Assembly (NCBI RefSeq): GCF_900187275.1
Contig: NZ_LT906458.1
Coordinates: 1,110,001 to 1,142,000 of the forward strand
Direction: 5' to 3'
From: Pasteurella multocida
GTDB lineage: Bacteria; Pseudomonadota; Gammaproteobacteria; Enterobacterales; Pasteurellaceae
Length of the DNA stretch: 32,000 bases
In this document: positions 18,139 through 26,957 of the stretch, piece by piece
How the letters are laid out: the number at the start of each line of letters is the position of its first letter
How positions within the stretch are numbered: the stretch's first letter is position 1
Made by a program: the position numbers and the translations under genes
Notes under the pieces: generated by a model
The model's input: the letters and a program-made list of their open reading frames with translations, nothing else
What the model was told of the DNA's origin: nothing
Databases searched by the model: none

Positions 18139-19869
18139 TTATTGGCTAATTGGCTGAATAGACTTCATTTTTTGTAACCAATCCACAAAAGGGCTGGCTT
18201 GCATAAAACCTGTTATTCTTGAGCCTTCAATTTCCTGACCTTGTTGATTAAAGAAAATCAAGGTAGGCAAACCAATGACGTGAAGCTTTTGCATAAGTTC
18301 CCGATTCGCCTCACTGTTCTTCGTCATATCAACTTGTAAAAGTAAAACATCGGCAAATGCTTTCTGTACAGCAACATCGCTAAAGGTATGCGTTTCAAAC
18401 TCTTTACAGGCAACACACCAATCCGCATATAAATCTAACATCGCCAGAGAGTTAGGATTCTTGCTTAACACTTGTTGTAATTGGGCATAACTGGTAATGC
18501 GTTCAAATTGAGACAGAGAAGTCGTTTGATGTGCTGGCGTATATCGGTTCATTGCATAGCTATAATATAAATACCCCATTACACCAAGGATAAAAGTGAA
18601 TACCCATACCCCTTTATTATTTCTGAATTGATACAACAACCATAGCGAGAACGCAAACGCTAAACTGAACCATAATGGCATTTCGATTTCAGGAAACACA
18701 CGCGAAATTAAAAAGATCGGCAAGGCTAACAACACAAAACCAAACGCATTTTTCACTTGAATCATCCAATTACCTGATTTTGGCAAGATATTATTACCAA
18801 AGACAGTAATAAAAATGAGTGGTAAGCCCATCCCTAAGGCTAATAAATATAAGGTGATCGCACCGGTGAATAAATCACCACTTTGCGCCACATAAAGTAA
18901 TGCGCCGGATAATGGTGCAGAAGTGCAAGGTGACGCGACTAAGCCTGCAATCATTCCCATCACAAACACCCCACCAAATACCCCTGATTTCTGCTGCTGG
19001 CTATATTGGGTTAATTTGGTTTGCAAGCTAACAGGTAATTGCAAAGTGAATAGCCCAAACATAGATAAAGCGAGCAACACAAAAATCGCGGATAACGTTA
19101 ATAAGACATAAGGGCTTTGTAATGCCACTTGAAAAGGTAAACCAATCGCTGCCACAATTAAACCAAGCAAAGTATAAGTCAACGCCATCCCTTGTACATA
19201 CACAACGCTTAATCCGAACGCTTTGGCTGTACTCGGACGCTGTTCACGACCAATGACAATAGCTGATAATAAAGGCAGCATCGGCAAAACACAGGGAGTA
19301 AAAGCGAGTCCCAGACCAAACAAGAAAAACCAAAAGACCGCATATTTACTCTCGATCAACTTTGCAGCTAAACGATCTTGCTCTGCTAATGGTAGTTCAG
19401 AAAGTACACTCTCTTCTTTCAATACCGCGCTTGAAATTTGCCCAGATTCCCTCTCTAACGAGGTTAACGCAATCACTCGGGTTTCAGGTGGATAGCAAAA
19501 ACCTTCTGTGCAGCCTTGATAAGTAATTTCAACTTGTTTCGTCGCAGATAACTGAGTAAAAGGCAAAGAAAAGGTCAATTGATGACGATAAATCTCAACG
19601 TCACCAAAAAAATCATCTTGATGTATTTCCGCTAACGGCAGTTGAGGGATAAACAGTTGCCCATTCTCTCCTTTTATTTCAAGACTTTTTTTATACAGAT
19701 AATAACCAGAAGCAATATCCCAATTTAAAGATAGCCTGTCATTCTGCTGCCTTTCTGTGAAGACAAATGCTTGCTCCGCTTTCAAAAAGGCGTTTTTTTT
19801 ATCAAACACGCCCGCATTGACGGATAAACTTGTCCAAATTAAAAAGAAAATAAAAAATATTTTTTTCAT
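18139..19869 (-). CDS. dsbD: Thiol:disulfide interchange protein DsbD
   Basis: Start trimmed to MKKIFFIFFLIWTSLSVNA, a signal peptide. The N-terminal domain carries GCTEGFCYPP, followed by a central TM domain and a C-terminal thioredoxin fold with WCVACK. Confidence 0.93.
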   Translation of the reverse strand: MKKIFFIFFLIWTSLSVNAGVFDKKNAFLKAEQAFVFTERQQNDRLSLNWDIASGYYLYKKSLEIKGENGQLFIPQLPLAEIHQDDFFGDVEIYRHQLTFSLPFTQLSATKQVEITYQGCTEGFCYPPETRVIALTSLERESGQISSAVLKEESVLSELPLAEQDRLAAKLIESKYAVFWFFLFGLGLAFTPCVLPMLPLLSAIVIGREQRPSTAKAFGLSVVYVQGMALTYTLLGLIVAAIGLPFQVALQSPYVLLTLSAIFVLLALSMFGLFTLQLPVSLQTKLTQYSQQQKSGVFGGVFVMGMIAGLVASPCTSAPLSGALLYVAQSGDLFTGAITLYLLALGMGLPLIFITVFGNNILPKSGNWMIQVKNAFGFVLLALPIFLISRVFPEIEMPLWFSLAFAFSLWLLYQFRNNKGVWVFTFILGVMGYLYYSYAMNRYTPAHQTTSLSQFERITSYAQLQQVLSKNPNSLAMLDLYADWCVACKEFETHTFSDVAVQKAFADVLLLQVDMTKNSEANRELMQKLHVIGLPTLIFFNQQGQEIEGSRITGFMQASPFVDWLQKMKSIQPISQ

Positions 19870-20077
19870 AAGCAAAACCATGTCATTCCACGACAACATA
19901 AAATAATAAAAACGACTTATTTTTCATATTATTACAAACATTACAATCCGTTTATCTCTGTGACGGATTCTGAGATCACTTATTTTCCCATAAAAAATAA
20001 GTTTTGATAATTATTTCTATTTCATGTAGGATAGCCCCATTCGTTATTTTTCAGAAAAAAATAAGAGGCACGCCAAT

Positions 20078-20344
20078 ATGAAAAAAGGTATTCATCCAGA
20101 AAATTACCGTACTGTACTATTTTATGACTCAAATGCAAAGCAAGGTTTTTTAATTCGCTCTTGCGCCAGAACCACAACGACCATGAAATGGGAAGATGGT
20201 CATGAATATCCTGTCTTTATGTGTGATACCTCCTCAGCATCACACCCGTACTATACAGGTAAAACACGTCAAATTGCGAATGAAGGTCGTGCAAGCGACT
20301 TTGTCAATCGCTACGGCAAATTTGGCACATTAAAATCAAAATAA
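20078..20344 (+). CDS. rpmE2: Ribosomal protein L31 type B (zinc-independent paralogue, YkgM type)
   Basis: 88 aa. [17 protein letters not shown]...SHPYYTGK. It lacks the paired CxxC zinc ribbon of type A L31. Confidence 0.9.
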   Translation: MKKGIHPENYRTVLFYDSNAKQGFLIRSCARTTTTMKWEDGHEYPVFMCDTSSASHPYYTGKTRQIANEGRASDFVNRYGKFGTLKSK

Positions 20345-20354
20345 GGACACGCCC

Positions 20355-20495
20355 ATGCAAGTATTAAGTTCATTAAAGAGTGCGAAAACACGCCATCCCG
20401 GCTGTAAGATTGTACGCCGCCATGGGGTTGTGTATGTTATTTGCAAAGAAAATCCGCGTTTTAAAGCACGCCAAGGCGGTAAAAAGAAGCGCTAG
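20355..20495 (+). CDS. rpmJ: Ribosomal protein L36 type B (YkgO type)
   Basis: Hand translation gives 46 aa: [46 protein letters not shown]. It closely resembles E. coli YkgO and lies 10 nt after rpmE2. It is not in the ORF track because it is too short. Confidence 0.85.
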   Translation: MQVLSSLKSAKTRHPGCKIVRRHGVVYVICKENPRFKARQGGKKKR

Positions 20496-20544
20496 AAGGC
20501 TCTCGTTTTTGTATGTAAGTAAAATGAGCTATTGCTCAACTTTT

Positions 20545-20579
20545 CCCCCAATAACCTCACTCTATTGGGGGATTTTTTT
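20545..20579 (+). terminator. Rho-independent terminator after rpmE2-rpmJ
   Basis: cccccaata pairs with tattggggg, followed by T7. Confidence 0.8.
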
Positions 20580-20593
20580 ATGATCTATATCAT
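20580..20593. promoter_or_regulatory. FNR/CRP-family-like palindrome upstream of arcA
   Basis: aTGATctatATCAt compared with the FNR consensus TTGAT-N4-ATCAA: the core TGAT-N4-ATCA is exact and the outer positions mismatch. It lies about 140 nt upstream of the arcA ATG. Confidence 0.3.
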
Positions 20594-20732
20594 GAAATCA
20601 CCATCTAATTTAACAAAACGCCTTTTTCTTATTGTTACAATTATGTTGCAACTATAGAATGGGCAAGTTAATTTTATCCTTAATATTCTTAACAGAATGA
20701 TTAACATTGAAAACTTGTAATAGGATGTATAA

Positions 20733-21443
20733 ATGGGAACGCCACAAATTTTAATTGTTGAAGACGAAGCAATCACCAGAAATACCTTAAAAAGTATTTT
20801 TGAGGCGGAAGGTTATGAAGTATTTGAGGCGGCAGACGGCGCACAGATGCACCGTATTCTGTCTAATAAAGTGATTAATCTTGTCATTATGGATATCAAC
20901 TTACCCGGTAAGAATGGACTCATGCTCGCCCGCGAACTACGAGAAACGACCAATACCGCATTAATGTTTTTAACTGGTCGCGATAATGAAGTGGATAAAA
21001 TTCTTGGTCTAGAAATCGGTGCGGATGATTACATCACAAAACCATTCAATCCAAGAGAATTAACCATTCGTGCACGAAATTTATTACAACGCACGATGCA
21101 AGAAAATAGTAAAGATAGCCATCATCCTATTGAGCAATATCGCTTTAATGGCTGGACACTAGACTTAAATAGCCGCACGTTAATTAATCCAGAAGGGGAA
21201 GAATATAAACTTCCACGCAGTGAATTCCGTGCGATGTTACATTTCTGTGAAAACCCAGGCAAAATTCAAACCCGTGAAGAATTATTGAAGAAAATGACGG
21301 GACGTGAATTAAAGCCACAAGATCGGACAGTAGATGTCACTATTCGTCGTATTCGCAAACATTTTGAAGATCATCCAGAAACCCCAGAAATTATCGCCAC
21401 GATCCATGGTGAAGGTTATCGTTTCTGTGGTGAATTAGAATAA
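20733..21443 (+). CDS. arcA: Aerobic respiration control response regulator ArcA
   Basis: 236 aa, collinear with E. coli ArcA ([42 protein letters not shown]). Confidence 0.95.
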   Translation: MGTPQILIVEDEAITRNTLKSIFEAEGYEVFEAADGAQMHRILSNKVINLVIMDINLPGKNGLMLARELRETTNTALMFLTGRDNEVDKILGLEIGADDYITKPFNPRELTIRARNLLQRTMQENSKDSHHPIEQYRFNGWTLDLNSRTLINPEGEEYKLPRSEFRAMLHFCENPGKIQTREELLKKMTGRELKPQDRTVDVTIRRIRKHFEDHPETPEIIATIHGEGYRFCGELE

Positions 21444-21455
21444 ACTGAATAATTC

Positions 21456-21488
21456 AAAAAGCCTGTAATACATATTACAGGCTTTTTT
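21456..21488. terminator. Bidirectional terminator between arcA and ubiD
   Basis: aaaaa-gcctgtaata/tattacaggc-tttttt: a stem with an A-run on one side and a T-run on the other. Confidence 0.75.
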
Positions 21489-21491
21489 ATG

Positions 21492-22970
21492 CTATGGCTC
21501 ATTTTCAAAGATAGCTAAACTGTCCCAAATCTCATCCACTCTTTTCACAACATCGGGATCTTTTTTAATCGGTACCCCCCATTCACGTTGAGTTTCTCCC
21601 GGCCATTTATTGGTTGCATCAATTCCCATTTTGGAGCCTAAACCGGCAACAGGTGAAGCAAAATCAAGGTAATCAATCGGTGTATTTTCCACTAAAGTTA
21701 AATCACGAGCCGGATCACATCTTGTGGTCATCGCCCAGATCACATCTTTCCAATCTCGTGCATTGACATCATCATCACAAACAATCACAAACTTTGTGTA
21801 CATAAACTGACGTAAGAAAGACCAAACGCCCATCATCACGCGTTTAGCATGACCAGCATACTGTTTCTTAATCGTAACCACCGCTAAACGATAAGAACAG
21901 CCTTCAGGTGGTAAATAAAAATCCACAATTTCGGGAAACTGCTTTTGCAGAATCGGAATAAACACTTCATTTAGTGCTTCACCCAAAACAGCAGGCTCAT
22001 CGGGCGGACGCCCCGTGTAAGTAGAATGATAAATCGGATCTTTACGCATAGTAATATGGGTAACCGTAAACACAGGGAAATATTCTTGTTCATTATAATA
22101 CCCCGTATGATCACCATATGGACCTTCCAAGGCGGTTTCATTCGGATCAATATAGCCTTCTAGCACAATTTCTGCACTGCCAGGTACTTCCAGATCATTG
22201 CTGACGGATTTCACCACAGACGTCTTGGTCCCACGTAATAATCCCGCAAAGGCATACTCTGACAAGGTATCTGGTACCGGCGTAACGGCGCCTAAAATCG
22301 TCGCAGGATCGGCACCCAGTGCCACAGAAACAGGAAATGGCTCGCTAGGGTGTGTTTCTTTCCACTCTTGGAAATCTAATGCGCCACCACGGTGAGATAG
22401 CCAACGCATAATCAATTTATTTTTAGCCACTAATTGTTGGCGATAAATGCCTAAATTTTGCCGTTTTTTCAATGGTCCTTTTGTGATCGTCAAGCCCCAT
22501 GTCACTAAGGGCGCGACATCTTCTTTCCAGCATTGCATAATAGGCAGCTTATACAGATCAACATCCTCGTCCTTTAAAACGACTTGTTGGCAATCAGCTT
22601 TACCCAATACTTTAGTGGGCATATTCAACACCTGCTTAAATTGCGGAATACTCGAAAGAAAATCTTTAAACCCTTTCGGTGGCTCAGGCTCTTTTAAAAA
22701 AGCCAATAATTTCCCGACGTCACGTAACGCGGAGACCTGCTCTTGCCCCATCCCCATTGCTACTCTTTTCGGTGTCCCAAATAAATTACACAGTACGGGG
22801 ATATCAAATCCTTTCGGATTTTCAAACAACAACGCAGGACCGCCCGCACGCAATGTGCGGTCTGCAATTTCGGTCATTTCTAAATGTGGATCAATTTCTT
22901 GCTTGATCCGCTTTAGCTCACCACGCTGTTCCAATAAAGTAAGAAAATCACGCAAATCTTTATATTTCAT
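21492..22970 (-). CDS. ubiD: 4-hydroxy-3-polyprenylbenzoate decarboxylase
   Basis: Start trimmed to [22 protein letters not shown], matching the E. coli UbiD N-terminus. The protein is collinear throughout. Confidence 0.96.
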   Translation of the reverse strand: MKYKDLRDFLTLLEQRGELKRIKQEIDPHLEMTEIADRTLRAGGPALLFENPKGFDIPVLCNLFGTPKRVAMGMGQEQVSALRDVGKLLAFLKEPEPPKGFKDFLSSIPQFKQVLNMPTKVLGKADCQQVVLKDEDVDLYKLPIMQCWKEDVAPLVTWGLTITKGPLKKRQNLGIYRQQLVAKNKLIMRWLSHRGGALDFQEWKETHPSEPFPVSVALGADPATILGAVTPVPDTLSEYAFAGLLRGTKTSVVKSVSNDLEVPGSAEIVLEGYIDPNETALEGPYGDHTGYYNEQEYFPVFTVTHITMRKDPIYHSTYTGRPPDEPAVLGEALNEVFIPILQKQFPEIVDFYLPPEGCSYRLAVVTIKKQYAGHAKRVMMGVWSFLRQFMYTKFVIVCDDDVNARDWKDVIWAMTTRCDPARDLTLVENTPIDYLDFASPVAGLGSKMGIDATNKWPGETQREWGVPIKKDPDVVKRVDEIWDSLAIFENEP

Positions 22971-23129
22971 AGTCAGTACCATTTGAATGTTATTTTCGAT
23001 GCCAATTTCTACTCGCACCTTAGACAGTAAAATATGTTATAGACAACAAGCTTGATTGCAAGCAATTTTGCTATCTCAAGCAACTTTCTGTAAAATCAAG
23101 CAAATTAAAATTTGATGACGCGGATTATT

Positions 23130-23612
23130 ATGACAAAGAAAAAAGTAAAAGTTGGCACAAATACGATAGCCTTAAATAAACGTGCACGACACGATTATTT
23201 TATTGAAGACGAAATGGAAGCGGGTCTGGAATTGCAAGGCTGGGAAGTGAAGTCGATGCGTGCTGGAAAAGCCAACATTAGTGACAGTTATATTATCTTT
23301 AAACAAGGCGAAGCTTATTTATTTGGTGCAACAATTCAGCCACTTAATGTCGTTTCAACGCATATTGTGTGTGATCCCACACGGACACGCAAGCTGTTAC
23401 TCAAGCAAAAAGAACTGGCATCATTATTTGGGAAAGCCAATCGTGATGGCTATACTATCGTTGCTCTCTCACTCTATTGGAAAGGCGCTTGGGCTAAACT
23501 GAAAATTGGTCTTGCCAAAGGGAAAAAACAGCACGACAAACGTGAAGATATCAAAGAACGCGAGTGGAAAGTCACGAAAGATCGTATTATGAAAAATGCA
23601 CGCCTTGGCTAA
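23130..23612 (+). CDS. smpB: SsrA (tmRNA)-binding protein SmpB
   Basis: Start trimmed to [26 protein letters not shown], as in E. coli Smp[23 protein letters not shown] is present. Confidence 0.96.
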   Translation: MTKKKVKVGTNTIALNKRARHDYFIEDEMEAGLELQGWEVKSMRAGKANISDSYIIFKQGEAYLFGATIQPLNVVSTHIVCDPTRTRKLLLKQKELASLFGKANRDGYTIVALSLYWKGAWAKLKIGLAKGKKQHDKREDIKEREWKVTKDRIMKNARLG

Positions 23613-23618
23613 AAAAAA

Positions 23619-23648
23619 GCCTTGTGAGCATCATCACAAGGCTTTTTT
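23619..23648. terminator. Bidirectional terminator between smpB and mop
   Basis: A8-gccttgtga/tcacaaggc-T6. Confidence 0.8.
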
Positions 23649-23660
23649 AAACTAGCGAGA

Positions 23661-23870
23661 TTATTCTACACCGACCATCACAGAAGTCGCTTTAATAATA
23701 GCGTAAGCGTCTTTACCAACTTCCAATTTCAATTCTTCTACTGCAGCCATTGAAATGGTTGACGTAATCACATTCCCGGCGCCAATATCAATACTTACTA
23801 CGGCATTGACAGCACCTTTTTCTAAAGCGACCACTTTCCCTTTAAATTGATTTCTTGCACTAATTTTCAT
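23661..23870 (-). CDS. mop: Molybdate/molybdopterin-binding TOBE-domain protein (Mop)
   Basis: 69 aa. MKISARNQFKGKV...IKATSVMVGVE is a typical single TOBE/Mop domain. Confidence 0.75.
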   Translation of the reverse strand: MKISARNQFKGKVVALEKGAVNAVVSIDIGAGNVITSTISMAAVEELKLEVGKDAYAIIKATSVMVGVE

Positions 23871-23891
23871 GTTTTTTCCTCTTAATAAAAT

Positions 23892-23947
23892 GGATAAAAT
23901 TCACTACGAATTCGTCGCAATTATATCCAAGATGCAAAATAAAACAA
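23892..23947 (-). promoter_or_regulatory. mop promoter (minus strand: TTGTTT, 16-nt spacer, TATAAT) overlapped by a 37-bp imperfect palindrome (candidate operator)
   Basis: The -10 is the complement of 23920..23925 and the -35 the complement of 23942..23947. The palindrome ggataaaatt...ACGAATTCGT...aattatatcc spans 23892..23928, with a perfect 10-bp core at 23906..23915. Confidence 0.35.
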
Positions 23948-23957
23948 GTTAAAAAAA

Positions 23958-25334
23958 TTAAATTTTATTTAATAAAATCAATGATCTAAATCCTTTTATA
24001 TAACCCTTATCATCTTTCACATTTTCTAACCGGAATTGATAATGATGTAGGGTGGCAATGCGCTGAACAATCGATAAACCCAATCCACTTCCCTTTTCAT
24101 TTTGCCCTGCAGGACGATAAAAACGCTGTCCTAACTTCGCTAAATCGGCATCATTCACCCCATTACCATTATCTTCAATCACAATACGATCGGCATAAAG
24201 CTTAATCGTTATGGTACTTCCTTCTGGGCAATAGCGAAGCGCATTATCAATCAAATTACGTAACATTAATGATAATAAAAGGGGTTGCCCTTGTTGCACT
24301 GGTGGCGCGGCAATTAATTCAAATTGGAGATCCATTTGCCGTTTTTGCGCAGAAAAATAAAGTTCACTCACTAAAGACGCAATTAACGGCTCCCAATGAA
24401 TCGCTTCCATTTCATCTAACTCAGCTAAATTATCCAAACGAGAGAGCGTGAGTAAACGTTCAATTAATTGACTAGCACGATCAATCCCTAACGTTAAGTT
24501 TTGCAAGGCTTGCTCGCGCATCAAAGCATCATCTCCTGCCATTTGTGCAACTTCAGTTTGAATGCGCAATGCCGCCAATGGACTACGTAATTCATGTGCG
24601 GCATCTGAAGTAAAACGTCTCTCACGCAATAACATCGTGGCAGTTCGCTCAAAGAAATGATTTAAATTGTGGATTAACGGTAAAATTTCTGTCGGTAAAT
24701 TTTCGCTCGGTAAAAGTGAAGTATCATCTGGACGGCGTTGCATTAACTGCGCATTCACTTGTTTTAGCGGTCGCAGCTCACGGCTAATCACCCAAACCAA
24801 AATCCCTAATAAAAAAGGTAAACTCGCGAACCAAATCCACATTTGCCCAAACACCATTTGGTTAATCAGATCTTCGCGATAGTCCATTTCTTGCCCTACG
24901 GCAATAATCCATTTTCCTTGATTGACTGGCAACCAAAAAATCCGCCAACGATCGTCATCTTCACGGATAGCACTGACTGAAAAACCACTGTGCGGTGCAA
25001 AAATGAAATTTTCCCCATTATTCCCATCGCTTAAAAGAAGATCACCGCGATGATTAAAAATTGCAAAAGCAAGAGCATCGTCATCATAGTGCCGAACTTT
25101 CTTGAGCTGTTTATTCACATTATGAGGGGCACGAGCAATCAGCATATTATGTAAATTCGCTGAGGCCAAACGCTGAGCTAATAGAATCTGTTGCGCATCA
25201 AAAACATCATTCACTTCTTTTCTTACTTGAAACCACGCCACCGCGGTTGAAGCTAACCAAATCACTAATGCGGTCAACGATAACGTGAAAATTAAACGAA
25301 CTCGTAAACTTGTTTGCTTAAGCCATTTCATCAT
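23958..25334 (-). CDS. qseC: Two-component sensor histidine kinase, QseC type
   Basis: 458 aa with two TM segments flanking a periplasmic domain. H-box [12 protein letters not shown] and a C-terminal ATPase N/G boxes are present. It overlaps qseB by 17 nt. Confidence 0.85.
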   Translation of the reverse strand: MMKWLKQTSLRVRLIFTLSLTALVIWLASTAVAWFQVRKEVNDVFDAQQILLAQRLASANLHNMLIARAPHNVNKQLKKVRHYDDDALAFAIFNHRGDLLLSDGNNGENFIFAPHSGFSVSAIREDDDRWRIFWLPVNQGKWIIAVGQEMDYREDLINQMVFGQMWIWFASLPFLLGILVWVISRELRPLKQVNAQLMQRRPDDTSLLPSENLPTEILPLIHNLNHFFERTATMLLRERRFTSDAAHELRSPLAALRIQTEVAQMAGDDALMREQALQNLTLGIDRASQLIERLLTLSRLDNLAELDEMEAIHWEPLIASLVSELYFSAQKRQMDLQFELIAAPPVQQGQPLLLSLMLRNLIDNALRYCPEGSTITIKLYADRIVIEDNGNGVNDADLAKLGQRFYRPAGQNEKGSGLGLSIVQRIATLHHYQFRLENVKDDKGYIKGFRSLILLNKI

Positions 25335-25989
25335 TTTTTCCTAGCGCATACCCTACACCATGCACAGTACGAATAAATTGTTTCCCTAATTTTTGGCGTA
25401 AATTATAAATATGGACCTCCAAGGCATTACTACTGACTTCATCGTCCCAGTTATAAAGTTTCTCTTCAATCATACGGCGAGAAAGCACGCGATCTTTATT
25501 CAACATAAATAACTCTAATAATTTATATTCTCTCGTCGTTAACGCCACCTCTTCCTGTCTTAAAAACACTTTGCGCTGATTCGGGTCAAAACAGACCAAG
25601 CTATGTTCAATCACTGGGCTAGCTTGCCCATAACGACGACGAATGAGTGCCTGCAAACGTGCAATCACTTCGACTAATGCAAAAGGTTTACATAAATAAT
25701 CATCAGCTCCTTTTTGCAATCCCATCACTCGTTCATCTAGCGTATCGCGCGCGGTTAGAATTAATACGGGTACATCGTATTTTTCTTTACGCCAACGCTG
25801 CAGGATGTCTAATCCATCCATTTTAGGTAAGGTTAAATCTAACACAACCGCATCATAAGGCGCACTTTTTACCGCCTCTAATCCTGTTTTGCCATCCTGA
25901 AACCAATCAACTAAAAAACCCGATTTAGTTAGCCCAATCTGTAAGCCATTGCCAATTAAGGCATCATCTTCTATTAATAAAATTCGCAT
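25318..25989 (-). CDS. qseB: OmpR-family response regulator, QseB type (PmrA paralogue)
   Basis: Start trimmed to [16 protein letters not shown]. The receiver domain has a DLTLP phospho-acceptor context, and a winged-helix C-terminus is present (RTVHGVGY). Confidence 0.85.
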   Translation of the reverse strand: MRILLIEDDALIGNGLQIGLTKSGFLVDWFQDGKTGLEAVKSAPYDAVVLDLTLPKMDGLDILQRWRKEKYDVPVLILTARDTLDERVMGLQKGADDYLCKPFALVEVIARLQALIRRRYGQASPVIEHSLVCFDPNQRKVFLRQEEVALTTREYKLLELFMLNKDRVLSRRMIEEKLYNWDDEVSSNALEVHIYNLRQKLGKQFIRTVHGVGYALGKNDEMA

Positions 25990-25996
25990 TTTTTTG

Positions 25997-26005
25997 ACCG
26001 CACTT
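25997..26005 (-). repeat. Hin-type USS core
   Basis: Exact ACCGCACTT. Confidence 0.9.
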
Positions 26006-26062
26006 TTTTCAAAACTTGTTCTTATTTTACACAAAAATAAAGAAAATCCCCATTCTCCATGA

Positions 26063-26099
26063 CCTTAATCTAGCAGACAAAGATTAAGGAAGTCTTAAT
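26063..26099. promoter_or_regulatory. Cluster of three CTTAA/TTAAG elements (PmrA/QseB-type box candidate)
   Basis: CCTTAATCT (26063..26071) and AGATTAAGG (26081..26089) form a perfect 9-bp inverted repeat. ATTAAG-gaagt-CTTAAT (26083..26099) fits the YTTAAK-N5-YTTAAK PmrA box and the CTTAA-N6-CTTAA spacing I recall for Aggregatibacter QseB. It lies about 75-110 nt upstream of the qseB ATG. Confidence 0.4.
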
Positions 26100-26465
26100 C
26101 TCAACCTACTTTTCAAAAAACTGACGGCACTTTTATCAGTCAATCACAAAAAAAGTAAAAAAATCTTGTAAGAAATGGATTTCCTGTTTCGACTAATCCC
26201 AGCATAACGCCATGATTAAGGAAAACCAGTGCGCTATATGTCGAATGATCATAGGGATAGGGACTGGCTTCTGTGTGAGAGAGGAGGTTCCACATTAAGT
26301 AGCCAAAATGATGTTCTCTTCGGCGCATTTAAGCAGAGAAAAGAAAGGAGAGCCATTCCTGCTTAAAAGGGAATTTTTCCCGACACCATTGAAAACTGGC
26401 ATATGGAAAATGTCATCAATGGGCTTACAAGGTATGGATAACTTGTAATAACAATGAGGTAAATA

Positions 26466-26915
26466 ATGTATAAGACAAATTCCAATATCCAATGGATTGG
26501 CACTGGCATCGGCCTACTTGGTTTACGTCTTTTTCTCGCTTGGGAATTTTTTGAATCGGGTAAAGAAAAATGGAAGGGCGAAAACTGGTTTATGGAAATA
26601 CAAGAAAGTTTTCCTTTCCCATTCAATGTCATCCCAAGCGATCTTAATTGGACATTGGCAATGGGGGCAGAACTCTTATTACCGTTCTTCCTCATTCTCG
26701 GCTTTTTCACTCGTTGTAGTGCATTAAGCCTGACCATCTTAACCGCTGTTGCTTGGTACAGCGTACATGCAGGGGCGGGTTATAACGTGTGTAATAATGG
26801 TTACAAAATGGCCTTAATTTATATCGTCACCTTGTTACCATTAATCACTCAAGGGGCAGGAATATTCTCTGTAGATCACTTACTACAGCGAAAATCCCCG
26901 ACCTTAAATCAATAA
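26466..26915 (+). CDS. DoxX-family integral membrane protein, first gene of the RiPP metallophore operon
   Basis: 149 aa with four hydrophobic segments. LLGLRLFLAWEFFESGKEK is a DoxX-like N-terminal motif, and the RBS is GAGG. Confidence 0.8.
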   Translation: MYKTNSNIQWIGTGIGLLGLRLFLAWEFFESGKEKWKGENWFMEIQESFPFPFNVIPSDLNWTLAMGAELLLPFFLILGFFTRCSALSLTILTAVAWYSVHAGAGYNVCNNGYKMALIYIVTLLPLITQGAGIFSVDHLLQRKSPTLNQ

Positions 26916-26957
26916 AAAAATGCGAAAGTATTTCATACATCATAGAGGAGATTAAAG

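Noticed and set aside
20380-20583. The 67-aa ORF from the track downstream of rpmE2
   Set aside because: It overlaps, out of frame, the 46-aa L36 type B gene (20355..20495), which has a clear YkgO-like sequence. The 67-aa product has no recognisable features.
23613-23660. Expectation of ssrA (tmRNA) downstream of smpB, as in E. coli
   Set aside because: Only a bidirectional terminator and then mop on the opposite strand are present. No tRNA-like or tmRNA sequence is visible.
26220-26246. A possible ECF-type promoter (GGAAAACC ... CGAAT) upstream of doxX
   Set aside because: The spacing (~14-15 nt) and the sequence only loosely resemble ECF -35 AAC / -10 CG motifs. It sits 220 nt from doxX, and without the cognate motif for this sigma factor it cannot be supported.
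26140-26737. Minus-strand ORFs 26140..26328, 26295..26492 and 26363..26737, the plus-strand ORF 26497..26727, and short plus-strand ORFs of 10, 28 and 52 codons in the qseB-doxX spacer
   Set aside because: They have no RBS and no homology, and several overlap doxX antisense or off-frame. I also looked for a ygiW remnant here and saw none in the translations.
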